Shown in pieces: positions 48,582 to 53,287 of a stretch of DNA of 53,287 nucleotides; the stretch's first letter is position 1; every line of letters begins with the position of its first letter. Below the pieces are notes generated by a model. That model worked only from the letters and a program-made list of their open reading frames with translations. It had not been told where the DNA came from and made no database searches. The translations under genes and the position numbers were made by a program. The stretch comes from Peribolospora baueri (lineage: Eukaryota): assembly GCA_029717555.1 (NCBI GenBank), contig JAMDHS010000044.1:124001-177287 (forward strand), written 5' to 3'.

Positions 48582-49702
48582 TCAGGCGACTTTCTCTTTC
48601 GGAGGCACTACGTCCATCGCGCACTGTTGTAGTCCTCGCCAGACCCATCTGCTGCCGAACCATGCCAGCGTGGCGACGGCCGCCAGGGCGGCGATGAGAG
48701 GCGCGGATGTGGCCGGCACGAAGCCAAGGTAGAGGCGTTCGAAGGTCAGAACGAAGGGAGTGGGCGGGGGGTCGATACCGTTGCCGGCCGAGAATGAAGA
48801 GCCGGTGCGGGCCTCTGCGTCGGGCTGAGCCACGGAGGGCCAGCCGAACAGAGCATCCGGCAGGCGGTCCCACCAGGGGATATCGAGGTGGGTCACGTCG
48901 CTGGCGGACGGGACGCCAGCGGAGAATGCGCGGATGCGGGCGAGAAGCGGCATGCAGCGCCCGTCGCCTCGGGAGGGGGAAGAGAGAGGCTCCATGTCCG
49001 CCGTGTACATGATAATCGAAAAGTCCGTCGGATGCTGGAAACGAGCAAGAACAGTAGGGGTAAGAATCGACGCATACCTTCTCTGGACATGAGCTGGATG
49101 GATCATGCGATGTGTGCACTACATCTTGCTCGTTTCCTTGCAACGTCAAGGGCGAACGAGGCTAAATTCGAACGTTCCCGCACTCACGCTAGCTGGCCAG
49201 GACAGCCTGAGTGTGTATCTCTCGAAGCAGAGCCTCCGTATCCGTCCCGACAAGGGCTGCCAGTCCCGCGATGGGGACTGTGACCGTGCCTCGAGCTCCC
49301 CTCGGTCCCCGTCCGAGTCCTGGACCGCATCCTTCTTTGGGTCAAACTCGAGCGCGATCCACAGTTCGGTCGGCGACCCGGTCGCTATTCTGCCCTCTTC
49401 AGTGGACGGGCCCCGCACTGGGGAGATCAGGTATTGCGAGGACTGGCCGAGGGAGAGGGTGGACGATGCCGGTGATGGCCTGGCAGGTATCCGGAGAGGG
49501 GGGCAATGAGTCCGTGGGCAAACCTCACAAACGACGGGCTAGAAGGCATCGTTCGAGCGGACGCTTACCATCGCTCGCCGGAGCGGTCGCAACGTCGCGG
49601 AGGGGAGAACTGGACGACCTCTGTGTTGGCTCGAACGAGGAGGGAGTGGACGAGGCATAGGAAGAAAAAAATGGCGATGGGGCGAGTGACGGGTGGAGAC
49701 AT
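48582..49702 (-). CDS. PGA1: Pga1-like GPI mannosyltransferase II accessory subunit (type I ER membrane protein)
   Basis: The signal peptide ends at A-NTE. Further motifs are YTLRLSWPAS|HPTDF and a C-terminal TM helix after LERLYLGFVP-like sequence. The terminal KEKVA is a KxKxx ER retrieval signal. Confidence 0.65.
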
Positions 49703-49779
49703 GGTGGTTGGTGCGACGAAGACCGTTCGACACATTCCTTCCTATCTGCCCCTCGTCCACCCGTCGTCGTCACCATCCA

Positions 49780-49829
49780 CATCGCGTAGCGCTTTAATTA
49801 ATTTACGCGTGTCGTGATCCGATCGCGTT
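49780..49829. promoter_or_regulatory. MCB-like elements in the PGA1/RAD9 bidirectional promoter
   Basis: ACGCGT at 49805-49810, flanked by two ATCGCGT copies and an AT-rich TTAATTAATTT. Confidence 0.4.
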
Positions 49830-49943
49830 CCGCCTCGACGGTCAGGTTGATGGCGACAGGAGATGGTCATGACCGGCGGCTCATCTCCCACACTCCATCC
49901 ATCGTCAGGCCATCGACCAGGCGCTCTGTCTGCGCCCATTCGC

Positions 49944-52081
49944 ATGGAGGCCGTCATCTCAGCCCACGCTCTCAAGAGTACGTGCTGCTCACAAGCCGGC
50001 GGCCGTCTCCTTCGCCGTCCCTCCTCTCACCACTCGTTTTCCTCCCGGCTCACACTCAGCTTTCGTGAGGGCGCTCGGATGCCTAGCCAAGTTCGGCGAC
50101 AACCTATCCATCCAAGCTGACGGCGAGGAGGGCGTGGTGAGCGAAAGGCCTCGTGCGCTGTCTGTCTGCGTTCTCCTACTCGCCTTTTCACACTATCTCC
50201 TCCCTCCGCTGTCTCTCAGCTTAAGCTGTCCATCATCAACTCTTCCAACTCTGCGTTCGCCATCTTCGTCTTTGACGCCCCCTTTTTCGACAGCTTTACG
50301 GTGACGGCCTGGGATGACAAGTCAAAGGGGAAGAGGTTAACAGAATGTCAGGTGCAGGTTAAGGTGATCTTTCGTGCGTCTCCCTCCCGTCGAAACCACC
50401 CGTCGAACGTGAAAACGCTTTCTCTCACGCCTGCGCATTCCCTAGTCAATTCTTTCTATATTGAGACATAGGAACGTGGACAGGTCGGTGGAGAGCTGCG
50501 ATATGAACGTCGTCGAAGGGGACGGCGAGTCGCCTCAGTGTCGCCTCGTTTTCCGGCTTCACTGCAAGCACGGTAAGCCTTGACGAGATCGAAAAAAAAA
50601 AGCCATGCTAAAAGCTTCGGGCGCGCCGGTGACACATGAAACTGATGCCTTGCACACTGTCCCCACCTCGACAGGTGTCCTCAAGACGCACCGCCTAACC
50701 TACTCCTCTACGCCTGCGCTCGTAGCCATGGGTGACCCAATCTCTTGCCCGCACACCTTTTTCCTTCGCCCGGGCATCGCCCACGAGTGGATGGAACACT
50801 TTACAAACGCCGGCGGAGGCGGAGGAGGGGCGAAGCCGAGAGGGGGCGGCAATAGCGCGGAGATCACGTTTGATTTGGGGCCTTCTGGGTGCAAGATGCG
50901 AAGCGAGCTGCTCGACGGCGATGGTGGTCGAGGTAGGCGAGCCTTCGCCATCCGGGCTACTCTCACCCTCACTAATGCTAATCCTCTTTCTTCTGAACAG
51001 ATCTCACGAAGAAGCCAATGCAGACGGCGATCCGAGTTGAGACGGACGAATTTGAGGGTTACGACGTCTCCGACAACGTCCAACTCACTTTCTCGCTCAA
51101 AGAGTTTAAGGTTAGTCGCAAGCTTCTCGGATCGTTCCTCCGTCCAGCTTCTCTGACCTCATACCATCGCTGCTTGTCCGGACAGGCAATCATCCAGTTT
51201 GCTGATGGCGTCAGCGTCCCTCTCGAGGCGCACTTCACGGCCGGCGGAGAGTGAGTGGTGTAGTTTCAATTCATAGCACTCTGCAGACGAGGACTGACCA
51301 CGATCACGTCTCTCCTTCACAAGGGCCCTCTTCTTCTCGCTCTACACAGAGGCCTTCTCGACAGACTTTGTACTCTCCACGTCGCTCTCCCCCTCTCAAG
51401 TCAAGGCACAAGCCGACCACAGGTCGGCTCAGAGCACAGCGGCAACCATAGCGAGAGCGCGTCCTTCTGCGACGCCGTCCCAGGGTAAGCAGAGAGTGAT
51501 TGTTTGCGCCTCTGAAAAGCTGGAAACGCTAAATGCGTCCTTGGCCGCCTTCCTCCTCCCCCTTCCACATTTCAGCTCCAAACGCCACCGCGCCGACGGC
51601 CGGCGATCCCCGACCCGTTCAGTCGGCGTCACGCGCGAGCGGAGTACCCAGGACGCTGAGCCAAGTACCGCACCGGCGGCTGGGACAATTCGGAGGCGGC
51701 CGGCCCGCGGCAGCGTCTATAGAGAGGGCGGACACCGGGATAACAACGGAGGAGGGGACGTCCCGAAGAACTGGGGATCCACCGGCCGGGCAGCCCGTTT
51801 TTACGGCCGACGGTGTGAGGCCCAGGGTGGGGAGGCCTAGGCTGGAGATGGACATCGACCTGGAGGAGAGAGTCGCTGCGTCTAGGAAGAAAGACAGTCT
51901 CGGGACCGGTCTCTTTGTCGACGACAGCTCGGAGGGGGAATCGGAAGAGGAGGAGTTCGGGGCCAGCGAGTCGTCGTCGTCGGCGGACGATGAGTCAATG
52001 CCGAGGGGAGCGATGGCGGAGAACGGGTCAAGAAGGCCGAAGAAAAAGGTCAGGGCACTGTTCGCCGATTCGCAAGGCTGA
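49944..52081 (+). CDS. RAD9: 9-1-1 checkpoint clamp subunit Rad9 (Ddc1 equivalent)
   Basis: FVRALGCLAKFGDNL, LKLSIINSSNSAFAIFVF, CQVQVK|SILSILR, CRLVFRLHCKHG|VLKTHRLTY, FSLKEFK|AIIQFAD, and an acidic tail. All junctions are in frame. Confidence 0.93.
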
Positions 52082-52376
52082 TTGATGGACGACGACGCCG
52101 TCCGTCATCCTGCGTTCGCCGTTCGTCGACCAACGTGACCCTCCATCGGTCCCCCGCTACGTCTGCTCATCGCCCACTCTCCAGTCAGTGGCCTGCTATC
52201 CCACACGGCATGGCATGTACGCTATCGCGTTCTTAAAACTGTAACACTAGTCAGTCAATCGGCCAACTGCCCGCGCCGCGCCGTCTGGACCGAGCCGACG
52301 AATGAGGATAAAAAAAGCGATCTTCCATTATCGCCATCGTCATCACTGCCGCCAACTAATATCGACGGCTGCTGCT

Positions 52377-53227
52377 TCAAAATCCGGAGGACGCCGCCCA
52401 GCTCTCTTCTGCTATCCTCGTCTCAGCTGCATCAGCCGCTCTGGCCGCCCTCCTCTCCCTCGCCGTCGTCAAATCCACGTCCCCGTCGCCGCCGTCGTCC
52501 TCGCTCCTTCTATGTCCCACATCACCATCCTCTCCGTCCCCTTCGACCCGCCCTCCTCTATCCGCTAGAGCCGCCGCCGCTCTTCTCCGCGTCCACCGCC
52601 GTTGCACCCGAGGCGGCGCGAGGGGCCGCAAAAGCTGCTGGAGTATGTCTCCCATCGACCGTCCTCCTCCAGCTGCGGTGGACGCCGCCTCGTCTGCTCC
52701 GTCGGTCGTAGCGGGAAAAGGAGAGGAGGGGACGGAGCCAGACTGTCGTCTTCTTCTACTTCGATTTGGGCCAAGTGAAGACGAGGGAAGGCCTATCGAC
52801 GCTAACGTAGACGTCGATGGTAGCACAGTGTGGCCAGCAGAGGAGGGGAAGAAGACGGTGCGAAGGAGGGGGACGAAGCGGATGGAGAGGAGGGGGCGGT
52901 CCACGGTGATCTGGGTTCGATGAAGCGTGCGCGGAAGCGTGGAGGAGAGCATCGAGTGCTCTCCGTCGCCGCCCTCGTCGTCCTCGCCGCGCCATCTCTG
53001 ATCCTCCGCCGCTGCTCCCTCCTCCAACTTTGCCTCATCATCCTCGCTGTCACAGTCAGAGGTCGCGAGTAGGTCATAGGCAACATTGTCTTCTTCGTCG
53101 CCGTCATCGCTCTCGTAGCCCTCGACGGAGCGCGGCCTGGTGCTGTATGCCGTGACGACGAGAATGAATTGGAGGAAGGCGGCGACCAGGTCGATGAGGA
53201 TGAGGTGCAGACGGGATGGGGGGTTGG
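52377..53227 (-). CDS. 3' exon of a DUF1746 (Dsc E3 ligase-associated Vld1/Dsc4-like) membrane protein; 5' part outside the window
   Basis: An acceptor CAG at 53230-53228 follows a poly-T tract, then NPPSRLHLILIDLVAAFLQFILVVTAY and an acidic stretch. The frame is open to 52377. Confidence 0.6.
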
Positions 53228-53287
53228 CTGGGAAGAAGGAACGGGATTGGAAAAGTGAGATGAAAAAAAAAAAAAAAAAAAAAAAGA

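Noticed and set aside
53263..53285. Poly(A) run at the window end
   Set aside because: It is the poly-T polypyrimidine tract of a minus-strand intron; no retro-insertion hallmarks are visible.

Overview
Gene-dense, GC-rich, intron-rich eukaryotic DNA from a fungus, most likely a basidiomycete. Introns have GT(G/A)AG(T/C) donors, CTGAC/CTAAC branch points and typical lengths of 60-200 nt. Manual splicing gives 18 protein-coding genes, two of them cut by the window edges. In order they are: a partial low-complexity ORF, ubiquitin-RPS31 fusion, an orphan membrane protein, Pho80/Pcl-type cyclin, HIT zinc finger (HIT1-like), RRP4, lactate 2-monooxygenase-like FMN oxidase, NUP85, ZDS1-like, TRP5, OPT transporter, paraoxonase-like protein, PX-domain YPT35-like, secreted GH31, HSE1, PGA1-like, RAD9 and a partial DUF1746 gene. 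Three non-routine signals stand out. (1) A [D1,2]-type stwintron (an intron nested inside the donor of another intron) in the GH31 gene at 42502-42664. (2) A protein-free, strongly base-paired region divergent from RPS31 (about 1900-2760), with a ~45-bp long-range helix, a P6.1-like hairpin and a (TAACCC)n motif: a candidate structured ncRNA, possibly telomerase RNA, or a MITE. (3) A scrambled Ty3/Gypsy chromovirus relic upstream of NUP85 arranged as nested inverted repeats that could form hairpin dsRNA. All calls come from reading the sequence and remembered family motifs; no searches were run.
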